64,000 bases of DNA from Ionaspis alba (GCA_964255285.1 CAXUUL010000010.1:1-64000), one strand, 5' to 3'; counted from the stretch's first letter, positions 23,273 through 35,885 are shown. Numbers and translations are program-made. Notes: generated by a model not told the origin, from the letters alone.

Positions 23273-23765
23273 TGTCAAACCCGGCGACGTTTTCGCAAAA
23301 TTGCCGAGGCTCAGAATCTGTGTACGACTTGCTTAATTGAAGGTCCATCCGTAGATGAGGAGTAAGAAGTAGTCGTTGCCCGTAAGCTATAGGGCACTCA
23401 TACTGTAATGCTCCAGGCAATTCACAATCTCCATGAAACCACCAGCGAGGTCTAGAAAGATCCAGTATGGGCTACTTATCTGTATGCATGAGCTGTCCAT
23501 AATCACACCTTTTGGTTTCGACATTCCTATTACGGTGCATGCTGACAGCCATGCAATTGACCGAACATGCAGATGGTAAATATTATTAATAATCCGAAAC
23601 CCGAAGGATCCGACCCTAATCGATAACCCAAAAACAAAAGTCTATTTCCTCGTGATAATAACGTCATGTTCCTTTTTCCATATCGCATCATAACACTCTT
23701 TAGCCCCCGTGTCGGCTGGCCGATATCTGGACCCTCTAATCATGCTATAATATATCGAAAATACA

Positions 23766-25394
23766 ATGGCCGATAAGCCTCCTAGTCCAAGAGCTACCGA
23801 TACAGTCGTGGTTGGTAATGGTCCCTCCGCTTTGATTCTCTCCTTCATTCTTCACGGAAATGTTCCCTACTATGATTCGACGCACCCTCATCCGGACACC
23901 CTCCTTCACAGCAGGCTAGTCGACTCACCATGTCTACTGGATATCGATATTTCAGATTCAACGGCGCACTTCCGCGCATCTCGCCTCTCGTACTCCACCC
24001 AAGCACTTCCGGTCAATGTCCTGCTCGACACCTTGATTCGACCACTGGCGGATACCGAGCCTGATTCTTTGCACTCATGTGTACAGTGGCGCTACGAGCC
24101 GGAGCGGTTTGTCGAGCATGTTGTATTGGGCAATGCGACAAAAGCGGGGGGACAATGGGCAGAAAATCCAGTAGCAGCAAGCTGGGACATTGGAGCGTTG
24201 AGCTATGCCGAAATGCTCTCTCTACCAGGCTACACTATCGTCGACCATTTCAAGGCCTCGAAGAAGTTGCAACCGGCCGAGTTCTACCGGCCGACTCGAC
24301 GGGAAGTTGCGGATTACTTTGCTACGTATCCAGAAGCAGTGGGCATCAACGACGCGATCTGGCCTGCCTCAACAGTAGAGAATATCGTTAGGACTAGCGA
24401 TGGCTTCTACATTGGCTCTCACAATCTCCATTGCAAATATCTCGTCCTGGCTTCTGGCATCTTCTCCCAGCTGATTCCAGCTCGTCCACAACTCCAGCCT
24501 TTACTTCGATTGCCAGACCACTCGGCAAACTTTGAACCTCCCCTTCTTGTCGTGGGCTCTGGCTTTACTGCTGCTGATATCATCATATCCAATCTTCCCA
24601 AGCGCAAGATCATTCACATCTTCAAATGGTCGCCAGAAGATCATCCGTCACCACTTCGAGCCTGCCATAGACAAGCGTATCCTGACTACGCCAGTGTGTA
24701 CAGGCGCATGAAAGTCGCTGCCATGAAGTCACTTGGTAATGACGAGGTCTTCTCGCCAATGAAAGTGCGGAAGTCAAATCCATTCTTCGATCCGCGAGAT
24801 TGGGAGAACCTCTACGAAGGTCTTGCGAACACTTATATCAAGGAGGTCACTGTCAGTCGAGACACTGCAATCGTGGGCTTGGAAACATCAACAGGTCAGA
24901 TCGAGAAGAGGGAGATCTCAAACCTTGAATACCTCATTGGTAGGCGTGGCTCGCTAGGCTATCTCAGTAAGGACCTGCGAAAAGAGGTTCTTGGCTCTCG
25001 GATCTCGAAGAACGATGTGCCAGGCTTAATCTCAGGACAGACATTGCGAGCTAAAGTTGAAGAGAGCTCGGAAGTTGCGCCGAATGTGTTTGTTACCGGA
25101 AGCCTAACGGGAGATTCTCTGGTCAGGTTTGCTTTTGGTGGCTGCGTCTTCGCTGCAAGAGAGATCATGTTACGGCAGTCCAGTCCTCTCACCATTGAGA
25201 AACGGCTGTGTGATAGTACGATCACGAAGCCAATTTTCGAAGGAGATAAAAACGGTGCATATCAATTGACCAATGGGCACACTGATCTGGGGTTTGAGAG
25301 AAAGAGCCGATCGGCATCAAAAGGAGCGCATATGGGGATTCCTGAAATGAAGCCAAATGTTGGATGGTGGACTGGTAGTTGTGTTTTTTCTTAG
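23766..25394 (+). CDS. OSGIN/OKL38-like FAD/NAD(P)-dependent oxidoreductase with C-terminal CaaX
   Basis: VVVGNGPSALILSFILHG..PYY..HP..LH, PVNVLLDTL..P..D, GGQW, LSLPG, LVLASG, LVVGSGFTAADII, GSLTGDSLVRFAFGG; ends CVFS*. Confidence 0.75.
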   Translation: MADKPPSPRATDTVVVGNGPSALILSFILHGNVPYYDSTHPHPDTLLHSRLVDSPCLLDIDISDSTAHFRASRLSYSTQALPVNVLLDTLIRPLADTEPDSLHSCVQWRYEPERFVEHVVLGNATKAGGQWAENPVAASWDIGALSYAEMLSLPGYTIVDHFKASKKLQPAEFYRPTRREVADYFATYPEAVGINDAIWPASTVENIVRTSDGFYIGSHNLHCKYLVLASGIFSQLIPARPQLQPLLRLPDHSANFEPPLLVVGSGFTAADIIISNLPKRKIIHIFKWSPEDHPSPLRACHRQAYPDYASVYRRMKVAAMKSLGNDEVFSPMKVRKSNPFFDPRDWENLYEGLANTYIKEVTVSRDTAIVGLETSTGQIEKREISNLEYLIGRRGSLGYLSKDLRKEVLGSRISKNDVPGLISGQTLRAKVEESSEVAPNVFVTGSLTGDSLVRFAFGGCVFAAREIMLRQSSPLTIEKRLCDSTITKPIFEGDKNGAYQLTNGHTDLGFERKSRSASKGAHMGIPEMKPNVGWWTGSCVFS

Positions 25395-25613
25395 ACTTGG
25401 GATTCGTGCTTTGTTAGAGATGCATGCTGTTGGATCTGCATTGTTGTGCATTCTATGGAGTTTGGAAGCATAGCATGGTGTATTATCCGCGGATACAATT
25501 TTATCCTGTAGTTGCATGACTTCCGAGCGTATTGTACCGCTTGGATGCTTGAGTTTGTGCCAATATCAAGCACTATTTCCATTGATAGAATAGTCATGTC
25601 CGAGATAAATTGT

Positions 25614-26756
25614 CTATCCCATCAACTGCATCTGATCGTCCGGGGGCCACCTCGTCTGCGCGAAACTCAAACACCTCTTGATGCTCTGCAAGAACTTCCT
25701 CGTGATCTCGTCGCTGAGAATATGAGCCCCTCCATCATGCAGTCTCTCTCTCGCGGACCGCTCATGGATACCAATCATGACCACTCCGATCGGCCACGCT
25801 CTATGTAATCGTTAGCAAGACCGCGTCCTCGTAAAACATTACGCTGGAGGATATACTTACGCTTTCCCGATACTCAGCCTCAAATAACCATCATTAGCAT
25901 CCACATACCGCCTCTCCTGACTCGCCCGCACAATCTCCACCACCGGGCCTAATATAGACTCCTCTAGCTCCCCTCGTTCAAACCGCTTGAAAAGCGGCCG
26001 CATGTTCTCCCGCGACTGTTCCATAGCCCCATATGCTTGACGCCCCTGAAAACTCTCTTTCACCGCTTGTGGCCGTGCATTCAGTGCTAGTTGCCATTCC
26101 GTAAGCACAAGCGTGAAGTAGGATGCTAATTGCCTGAAGAGAAAATCTCGATCTGGACCTGGTGGGGGTGGTTTAAGAGGGACTTTCATATCGGCTTCGG
26201 GGACCAGTGCGAGGCTTGTGGGTATAGGACCAGAGGTGAGGACTTGTCTCGGAGCGGTAAGTTTGCGGTAGCGGCGGAGCCGTTGCGCATGATTTTCGCC
26301 GAAGAGGATGGCTGGTTCTTTCAGCTCTCTCAATTTCCCTAACAGGGCTTCGTCGTCGATGTCCTCTTCGCCATCTGCAAGCGGGTGCTGCCCCTCTTTG
26401 CCTTCACTACTCGGATCCGGCAGATCGGGCAACCCAAGCTTTTTCCGACGTGCTCGCTCTTTTACCGCTTCCTCTTCCTCCCGGCGAAGGCGAGATTCCT
26501 CTGCTAGGCGACGCCGTTTTTCATCCCGGGCAAGGTTCCGGGCTGCTTCCTCCTCTTCTAGTTTCCGCTTTTTGGAAAGCTTTTCTTCTCGTGCAGCTTG
26601 GATTGCTCGCTGCTCTTTCAGGTACGCCTCTTGCCGCTGGGCTTCAAGATCGGCGCGCTTGAGATACTTCTTGGTGGAGTCAGCATTAACGGAGGAGGCA
26701 GTGGGTAGTTTCGCGGATTTCGAGATCTCCGACTTCATTAAAGAGGCGAATTCCAT
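25614..26756 (-). CDS. PRP18: Pre-mRNA splicing factor Prp18, 2 exons
   Basis: PRP4-like LRELKEPAILFGE; RRYVDANDGYLRLSIGKA/AWPIGVVMIGIHERSARE..DEITRKFLQSIKRCLSFAQTRWPP. Confidence 0.92.
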
Positions 26757-27041
26757 GGCGGAGATTATGGTGGAGCAACGAGCAAGAGAGGTTGCGATTC
26801 AGCTTGTTTGACAGGGAGAGAAACTATTTCTGCATAACGTCAGACTTGAGTAAATATGTGAAGCATTAAAGCACCTGACGGGCAGTCAACATTCAAAGTT
26901 GGTCCGTGCACACCCTGCTTTACCCTCGATATACCTCTAGAGAATGGCCAAGCAGAACAATAGTAATGTTTTTCAAGCTATGACATAAAATAACTGGTTG
27001 ATATAGTTCCCTAGACACTTGCTCATTCACCATACCTTACA

Positions 27042-28057
27042 ATGGCCATGCAAATCAGTCCCAGTGGCAAAATTGACCGCCAAAGTATCGTNNNNNNNNN
27101 NNNNNNNNNNNNNNNNNNNNNNNNNNNNNNNNNNNNNNNNNNNNNNNNNNNNNNNNNNNNNNNNNNNNNNNNNNNNNNNNNNNNNNNNNNNTTACAATGG
27201 CCATGCAAATCAGTCCCAGTGGCAAAATTGACCGCCAAAGTATCGTTCCCTTCCATCTCAAACTTTTTTACCGCACCGGCGCGTTCCATAGGTAAGTTCG
27301 GCAGCTCTCACCTTCCCCCACAAACGAAGCTGAGCGCTTGCAGCATGATCTCTGTCTAACCCCTCATAGACTTGAAGAATTCCCTACCTCGAACTCCGCC
27401 GCTCTTCCTCCCCACCTCCAAATTTACACTTGGCCGTCCTGCACCTTGCGTGAACTCTCACACCTCCTCACCTCCGCCCTTCCCAATCTTCTACCAGATC
27501 CTGTAATCGGCACACGCCTCTCTTATCGCCTCATATTTCCCGACACACGCGACATAAGCCGCTCTGGCCCCGGTCGGTACTTGAGCAAAGAGCTTGGCAG
27601 TGTTGTCGTGGGAGGCGAGGGTCCTGGTATCTTACCGTCCGAGGAGGAAGCGAATGTTGTCAGGGGAGGACCGATGTCCGGAAAATTGGATGGTGAGCCT
27701 GATAAAACGTTACAGGACGCCCGGTTTGTTATTGGGGATTACATCTCTTGCGCGATCTTTGCGCCGCTCACCAATGGTGCTGTAGCACCAGCGCCTGGAC
27801 CGGGCACTGGAGGGAGATTCGGAGGACGAGCTACGGGTGACTTCGGTAGTGGGAGAGGTGGGGCTGGGCCAAGGGAGAATGGCTTTGGCGGTGGTTACAG
27901 ATCTAGAGGCGGGCCGCCGAGGGGTGGGGATAGCTTTGGAGCTGGGAGGCTGGGAGATGGGGGAGTTCCGACTGGTGAGTGGAGGAGGGGAGAAAGGGTG
28001 CCTGAGGGACCAGGTGGTAGAGGGTATGGAAGAGGAAGGGGCAGGGGAGGTTATTGA
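27042..28057 (+). CDS. SAP18: Sin3-associated polypeptide SAP18 with RGG-rich tail, 2 exons (start duplicated across artefactual gap)
   Basis: KIDRQSIVPFHLKLFYRTGAFH/RLEEF, LQIYTWPSCTLREL, KTLQDARFVIGDYISCAI. Confidence 0.9.
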
Positions 28058-28313
28058 ACACTGAGAAGGAACCAAGGACATGACATATAATTTGTACAAG
28101 GATATGAGCCCCAAAGAAAATCGTAAGACAACAGCTCTTGGAGGTCGCGACTGGAATTTCCGTTCATGGTGGAAGGACAAACTCGGTCGGAACACGGTGG
28201 TAAGATCTCAGACGATTTAGGGGACGATGTGGTTGACCGTAACTTGGTGCCATCTTGATTCATTGCCCCTTCCTATATACACCTCGAAACGCCAGCAGAT
28301 TGTGCCACAGAAT

Positions 28314-28713
28314 CTAAAATTCCGCCATTGTGTCTCCTCGTCTTTTTCCCCGCATATCCCATTTGCCCTGAGTCATTTCATCAGCCTTCGCATTCGTCTG
28401 GACAAGATAAGAAGAACTCACATCCGTCACGTATCCCATATAGCCAAAAATACTCGGCACAACAACGACGTAGGCAAATGTAATCCAAGTCGTTCGAGGC
28501 GTCCATCTAAAGTACTTGTGTCGATTCGTGAACATATCTGGAGACATCAACACTCGAGTTTCAATTGAACAAACGATAGACCGTGAGACGGGGGAGGAGA
28601 GTCCTACTTGCGTACTTGATCAGAGCTGGGTCCATGGCCAGCGCTGTAGATTCGTTAGCTATTGTGCAATTGTGAACAGATGCTCTCTTACTCGGCCTGT
28701 TGTGGCCTGCCAT
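28314..28713 (-). CDS. NDUFB4: Complex I accessory subunit NDUFB4/B15-like, 4 small exons
   Basis: Spliced MAGHNRPTLAMDPALIKYANMFTNRHKYFRWTPRTTWITFAYVVVVPSIFGYMGYVTD/GKWDMRGKRRGDTMAEF. Confidence 0.82.
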
Positions 28714-29064
28714 TCTGTCGATCGGACGTTACAAGCCTGCTCTAGTAACAAGGATAGATTTGTTGCAGCTACAGATCTTCGAATGCTTCGAAGGTCGTCG
28801 TCAAAGTCTGTTGGAATGGGTTTAAGGTCGCTGTTAATGGGTGAGTTCCTCGGTTAGTATGCAGGCTAGCGCGAAGGGAAGGTCTTCCGCCAGGATGTGA
28901 TTGGTCAATGCACGACGAACACGATATGAGGTCCTTCATGGAGAGTTCACAACCGAGGCATGAGCGTGCAGGCGTAGGATTCCCTCTCCGCGTTTTGCAG
29001 CTCTGTAGGTGAAAATTTCGGCCTACTTCCTGGGTGATTCATGTAATCGTTCTACATTTGAACG

Positions 29065-30134
29065 ATGGAGTCCAATCAACTGGGAGCAGATCAGGTTCCT
29101 AGTCCGTCTAAGCAGAAGGCAAAGATCACTCTATACTGGTAAATACAATGCGATCTCGTTCAGATCATGCGGCTCGCTTTCAATTCCTGGGCCAAACATC
29201 GTTTCTCCGAATTGGGAGACCGGCTTCCTCAATGTTCACCATATCTCTTTTCAAACAGCTTTCACTTCATGGCTGCTTCTCCTGTGTCTGACAAGCTGTG
29301 TCCAGGCTTGACAAGTCTCGGTCGCAGCGGATTCTTTGGCTTCTCGAGGAGCTCAAAATAGAGTATGAGTTGAAGACATATAAAAGAGGAAAAGACATGT
29401 CCGCCCCGAAAGAACTCAAAGATGTGCATCCCCTAGGGAAGTCACCAGTGATCAGTATCGAGGTCGAAGGAATGGGGAAGCCACTGGTTCTTGCCGAGTC
29501 CGGCTTGATTGTCGAATACCTGATCGAACACTTCGGTCCTCACCTAGCCCCGAAACGGTATGCGGAGGGGAAGGAGGGTCAAGTTGGTGGAGAAACCGAG
29601 AGCTGGCTTCGATACAAGTAGAAGCGGCGAAAGCTTCTGCTTCTGGAAGGCCATACTAACACCAACTTAGGTACTACTTGCAGTATGCCGAAGGCAGCAT
29701 CATGCCTTACCTGCTGGTGACCTTGTTGGCTGGAAGTCAGACTTACAGAAATCATGATTGATAACATCATCGCTAAATATTGACCAGACATCAGAAAAGG
29801 ACCTGTCCCATTCTTTATTCGACCTGTCACGAACCGGATCGCTGACCGTATCGAGTCCATGTTTCTCGAGCCGAATTTTAAGACTCACTTCGAGTTCCTT
29901 GAGAGCCAGATCATGTCTTCCCCCAGCAATGGCCAATTTCTATGTGGTGACCAGCTTACAGGGGCGGACATCATCATGAGTTTCCCCTTAGCTGCAGCTG
30001 TAAATCGCGCAGGTCTCACACAGGAAAAGTACCCGAAGCTGTATGCGTATGTGGAAAGAATGGCGGCAGAGGAAGGTAACAAAAGGGCTATACAGAAGAT
30101 TGTAAACGTTGAGGGCTCGTTTACTGCATTTTAG
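29065..30134 (+). CDS. Glutathione S-transferase (Gtt1-like), 4 exons
   Basis: KITLYW/LDKSRSQRILWLLEEL, HPLGKSPV, LAESGLIVEYL, YAEGSIMP, LTGADIIMSFPL. Confidence 0.9.
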
Positions 30135-30599
30135 TATGAGATTCGTTACGGTAATTGGAGACTGACAACAAGAAGTATGGTCAGCTAGACCTGTTTTCCT
30201 ACTTCGTCTCCTCGTGAATTCCAGTAGCGTGCTCAATATGGGTAGGTTGAGGGAAGGCTCCCGAACAGAAGTAGTCTTTTCGTAGGATTCGGCGTGATAG
30301 GCGGCATAGCCGAGGTCGAGATCATAGTAATAGCTTGCCAAGCATCCTGTTCGTGACTGGGATACTACAGACAGCTCGACAGCTTTTTTTAAAACATTGG
30401 TGTGTCACATAACCGCTTATTTGTATCATCGCCCTACCAATGCACAAGAGAAGCTACCCAGCATGTTTACTTATGCAGGCATGATATAGACATGACAAGA
30501 TAGTTGCGAGGCAACAGGAAGTCAAAAGACACCACCATTTCGGAGCCATCCAAAGAGGTTGAAACTACACTATGTGACGGCTTAGTTTCAGCAAGCAAT

Positions 30600-32358
30600 A
30601 TGTCACGTACTCCTTTTAGTGACGAGTACCCACGATCCGACCTGGGGGAGGAGGAGAATGGTTCATTTAATGGGCGCAGCAGGACAAACAACTTTCACAT
30701 GCGTCGAACGGCTGGAACACAGGATCGAGGAGCTGTTCTACCCACCGAGAAAGGATTTCCGATTCAGGTCGGCTCCGAGCTATTTAGGTTGTCTGGGGCA
30801 TCAATCATGTCAGATGGTCAGTCTATTACCTCTGCGCTGGCATACGTACTTGGATCTTGCTGAGAATTCTAGAGCACCCTCGTATTTCTCCAAGTTCTTC
30901 GAAGAACAGATACGGCAATCTAATGACGGCTCCGGCAATGTGAGGACGCTTTATATTGATAGAGATACCAGTACTTTTCAAGACATAGCCCGTCATCTCC
31001 AAGGTATTTCTCCACCTTTAGCTCTTTTGGCACGGTGAATTGAACAGAAAACAGGATATCATGTACAACCTAGGGATGGTGGGCATTATGTCAGGCTCTT
31101 CGCGGATGCACAATTCTACAGCCGTAAGCCATCCCAGGCTGGGGACATTGGCACTAGCTGACAGACCAAAGTGCCCCGGTTAATCAAGCAACTCTTTGAT
31201 TCAGAGATCTTCATTCAGATTGGCGATCAAGATTTTGAGATCCCTCGGGACATCTTCTCGTCCCCTGGCGATTCTCCCAATTTCTTTTCCCTAGGTTTCG
31301 CAGCCTTTTTCAATTCCCCTGGTGAGATCTTTCCCGGGCTTGACCGTACAGAACTCCTTCGTCCACCATCAATTCCACCTCCTAGTGTGCGCAATCGATC
31401 TGCCCAGGTCTTCTCCGAGCTTCTGCATCTGCTCAGGGGATATCCTGTGCACATTCAGAACGATGAACACAGAGCTGAGCTCCTCCGAGATTGTCGCTAT
31501 TTTAATCTTCGTGGCCTAGAACAAAAACTTATCATGCATCACATAAGCTACAATTTCGAGAGACAGAAATCAGAGATTGTCCTTCGGCTTGAAGACATCC
31601 GGCAATCTGGCGTATCCTTTCTCGGCGATCCATCGCCTTCAGATCGAAGTCCTCTTGTTGGCTGGGTCAATTATGCCCGACCCTTTGCAGACGATACCAG
31701 CAATGAACTTATCGTTGAAGTGGGAAACGAGAGTACCAAGATCGATCTCAGAAGCATGAGAGCTCAATTCTACGGCGATGCAAAAGCTCGGATCACGAGC
31801 CTTTTTCAAGTGGTTGCCACCAAGATGAATCTTCCTATCAGCGTTCCTCTAGGGTTGATGATGTCTTCTGGTGGAGCTGCATCTCAACCTGTTAGCCCCG
31901 GAAACACGCCCTTGAGTGAAGACCGAGTAAAGGTCCGGATCGCAGGGGATGCCCATGTGCTACTGGATGGAGAAGAATACAATCCAGACCATGTAAACAA
32001 CGAGCATTACGAGTATCTTATCGGCGGCTCGGAGAGCGCGATTGACAATGGAGCAGCCTCAGCACCAATGTCGGCAGGCTCGTCATCGTCTTGGCCTATG
32101 GTAGATCAAGCCGGGTTTTTGCATCCTAGCCGACCATCGAGCACGAATCCCCCACCTCGAAAGCGGAAACGGAGAGGGAGTCTGGACGAGTTCGGTGAGT
32201 GGATTATCAAGAAAGGACAATGGCGACTACGAGTCCAGCCTCGACCCGAGTCGCCTGGTCAGAAGGAACAGCGTATGGAGATTGTTCTGCACGCCGTCAA
32301 GCTTGATGCTGTCAGTGGTCAGAGAGGCAGAAATGCCGCACGAGGATTTTTGACTTGA
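30600..32358 (+). CDS. Tandem BTB/POZ (K-tetra type) domain protein, YLR108C/YDR132C-like, 4 exons
   Basis: FPIQVGSELFRLSGASIMSD/APSYFS..LYIDRD..F.DIARHLQ/GY..LFADAQFYS/LPRL; second BTB IFIQIG..F.IPRDIF..GDSPNFF..LLRDCRYF. Confidence 0.8.
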
Positions 32359-32705
32359 GTAGAGGGTGGTCCGGGTACCTGTACTGGTTCTATACTAGTC
32401 GACTAGAAGTAATGCTTCAAATAGCCGCGGGACGAACCACTCGAATGAATCATTATAAGTCATCCAATGTTGGATCCACACAATCGCGGAAATTTGGATG
32501 CGGATCAGACAACAATTTGTAGCAAACGTGCCGCAAACTCAAACACCATCCTCGTCCCTGTCCCACAACTTCGCCACCTCATCCTTTAATATCAATGTGG
32601 TCGCTTTAGATATAGCAGCAAATCGCTGCTGGACTTCTGTATACCTGGCTGTATGTATCGTCTATGATCGCAACTACGATAGAACCGTATCGCCTTTGCT
32701 CAATC

Positions 32706-33346
32706 ATGACACCCGAGCCAATCGGCCAGGCGCCACAAACGGTACTAATATGACCTCGCCGAGCCGCAACTCGACACTGCTAAGCTTCTCTCCAATAGCT
32801 CGAAGACATCAGTGCCCTGGAGGCGACTCTAGTCTTCCGTTCTTTCACCGCAGACACTGCTTTCGCCTTAGGAACGCACTTAAGGAATCGTTGTATGGGA
32901 TCCGGATCCCCTGGGATGGGAATATCTGACAGCCTTCAGTACATGCTATTAGTCCCAAGCCCGCCGTAATCAACATCACACATGCCAACTCGAATCAGCT
33001 CCTTTTTCACTCGGCCACTCATCCAGGCACCACTCCAGACAACGATGTATGGGTAGCGAGGAAGCGAGCGACGGTGCTGAGATGGGGGTGCTCGACCTAC
33101 TATTTGCACAAGAAATTTGGTGGAGACGAGGCGGCCTTTGCACAGAAGTTTGCTTTGGGACCTAGAGCTGGCGAATTTGCTATTCATGGCGGTGGAGTGC
33201 CGGTGAGAGTGGAAGGTGTCGAGGGAGTGGTGGCTGTTGTGGTGGTCTCGGGATTGAAGCAGGAAGAAGATCATATGGTCGTTGTTGAGGGCATGGAGGA
33301 TTGCATACAGGAGATGAAGAAGTCGGGGGTCTACATGCCAGAGTGA
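32706..33346 (+). CDS. UPF0303/DUF967 heme-degrading-like (HbpS/GlcG fold) protein, YBR137W-like, 3 exons
   Basis: FTADTAFALG, GTTPDNDVWVARKRATVLRWGCST, FAIHGGGVPVRVEG..VVVVSGLKQEEDH. Confidence 0.85.
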
Positions 33347-33817
33347 TTTGTTTGGCTGGCGCCCACAACATCTTCCACTTCCATTTGTTCAGACTTGATC
33401 TTGTGCTACGTCTATGTTGCCTGATGAGGAAGGCACTCCGATGCTTTCTGAGCAATCCATTGTTATGGATGGATCTTGAAGGCTTCTAGAGGCTTGTCTT
33501 GTTGCGACAGTTCGGTGTTTGCGTGTGTCTCAACCATGATGCTGCATTCTGATTAGTATTTCTTCCAGAGTCACCTCCAATTATCCGAACCCTAAACCTG
33601 TTGAGAATTCCGCGAGTAAGCGAAACAGGCACTTTCTCGTCAACACGTGTTTCTCTTTTCAACTTCTTTTCTTTGTCAATTTCTCTATCGGCTTCTTCAC
33701 CACCATCTTCCCAAGCTTTAGTGTCTGTTTCCCTACCCCCGGTCTTCTAATTGTCTACTCTATTAATCAAGAACAAGATTACAATTTTACTTCGTGATTC
33801 TGTCATTAGCATTTACC

Positions 33818-35009
33818 ATGCCCGCACCTTACGCGACTTACCCGATTCCCAAAGCTGCGAAGGCAAAGATGCCCGAATACCTTGAGCTCAAGGAGAGGGA
33901 TTGGAACAACGTGGTGGACAATTCTTCCCAATGTCAAACACTTACTACAGAAGAAGAGATCAAATTCCTGGACAAGAAGAACAAAAAATCGCCAGTAGTT
34001 TCCTGTTTGAATATGTGACGAACATGTTAACCAATGATCCACAGTGGGAGAATACCTGAAGCTCCACCCGGATATGGCCCACGAGCTGATGGTGCCTTCA
34101 GGATTCAAGGAGCGTATTTTCAGGCGTTACGAACGCCTGCTCGCTAATGAATCGCCTTTGTCCATACAGACAGGTCTCGTGGAAGATGCCAAGNNNNNNN
34201 NNNNNNNNNNNNNNNNNNNNNNNNNNNNNNNNNNNNNNNNNNNNNNNNNNNNNNNNNNNNNNNNNNNNNNNNNNNNNNNNNNNNNNNNNNNNNGTGCCTT
34301 CACCAAAATTCCCTTCTGGTCTGCTGTCTCGCTCGAATGCTCTGCTCTCCGTATTGCACGGAATGAGCTCCTCGCAATTCCCGGCCAGTGGTCAGACTGG
34401 CGCTTCCCCATTGGTCAGCGCATTCTCATCTGTCTGAAGCAACTTGAAGTCCGCTTGCAAGCTTTACATGTGCGAAACCCAGGTTGCGACTGTAAGCAAC
34501 GATCCCTCGCTCGATTGTCCAAATTCCCGTCAATCATGCTAGCTAATTATCTCACAGGCTGCTGTTTTAACGTCCCCAAAGCGGTTCCAAAAACCATGTT
34601 CGCCAAAGAATTTCTCACCAAGCGCGAAGCGGCCGCTGTGGTCGTTGAGTTCCGCAAACTCGCCGGGGAGACTCTCAAAGCCTGCAGCTACGACCCTGTC
34701 ATGTGGGAGCTTCTTGGGCTGAAAGAGGGTCCAGCACCGGATCATGGATGGATGAAGGACGAGAATGCTGTTCCGAGGAGTAAAGAGATCGCCAAAGGCG
34801 TCTTGGTTGCTCCGTTCTTCCCTGTCGCGAAAGCAACGAAGACTTCGAAAAAGAACACCATCACTAAATCGGAACTCGTGGTCAGGGTACAAGCGGCAAA
34901 TCTGATCAATGAGTCTATCGACTCAGCCGTAACAGGCAAGGACAACGAGGTGGACAAGAACGAAATCGAGGAGACGAGACTGAACGACGGAAATGGAGCC
35001 GAGAAATAG
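33818..35009 (+). CDS. Hypothetical protein, interrupted by gap 34194-34293
   Basis: ATG in good context (ACCATG) after a pyrimidine-rich leader, intron ~33995-34044, long open frames on both sides of the gap; no recognisable motif. Confidence 0.6.
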
Positions 35010-35833
35010 AATGTGAAAATGGCTGAACAAGGAGAAGACGGGACCAAGGAGGAATAAGACCTCATAGTGGCTGACTGAGGAGAAGACGAAGTTACTCAAG
35101 TCCGTAATCTCAAATTACTGATACACTGCATGTTGAGCTAGCCTTTGTGGAGAACAGTGTAGCTGGTTTGAGATAATGAATTATGCTGGTTACAGAGCTA
35201 GATGAGAAGGATTACCAAGAGGTATCAGCGAGCAGGCGTACTTAGATAATTGATATTTCATCATGTACTTCACCCAATGCCCAGGACTACAATCACGTCG
35301 CCTTGTGCAATCGCCGTTTGTAGACCGCCATGCTGAATTCAAGGTGCTACTGTGCGTCTTCATATCGTCAGAAGTTTCATATCCATAGCAAGATCAATCT
35401 CTGCAAGAAGGTTTCATCCATCTATCAATTATTATCTACCCCCAATCAACCTGCCACCTGCACGCATACAACATGCGCGCAATCATCTAAAACACGATAT
35501 CACCTCTCCATTTCCCACTCCAGTACGGGTAAAGGCACCCCGGATACATATAGTGGGCTTACATGACTTCGATGGGAATAGTGAAAAAACAAAGACCACC
35601 ACGAATGGGGAAAACCGAACATGATCGGACGAGATCCGTGATGTGCAAAAATGAATGGCTGTGGGAATATGCTGACCGGGTTCGTGAGGGCGTGATGGTG
35701 TATGGGACTCTGTGCTGATTTGGTGCATATTTACAATTGCGAGACGCTCCGAGGGGTGTGGCAAGGCGGTGCGGGTGGGAAGGTGCGATCGTGGCCGTTA
35801 GGCGCTGGGCGACGGAGCTGGTGATGGGTGATG

Positions 35834-35885
35834 GGTGCTGGTCGGTGCTGGGTCGGTGTTGGGTCGGTGCTGGGTCGGTGCTGGG
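35834..35885 (+). repeat. 11-bp minisatellite (GGTGCTGGGTC) about 4.5 copies
   Basis: Direct reading of tandem units downstream of the importin-beta1 stop. Confidence 0.85.

Noticed and set aside
21202..25394. Functional clustering of the Rab escort protein with the CaaX-bearing oxidoreductase
   Set aside because: REP serves Rab geranylgeranyltransferase, not CaaX prenyltransferases; adjacency is probably coincidental.
29139..29306. Long (168-nt) first intron of the GST gene as a snoRNA host
   Set aside because: No box C, no convincing H/ACA layout and no rRNA complementarity I could recognise; only a short hairpin.
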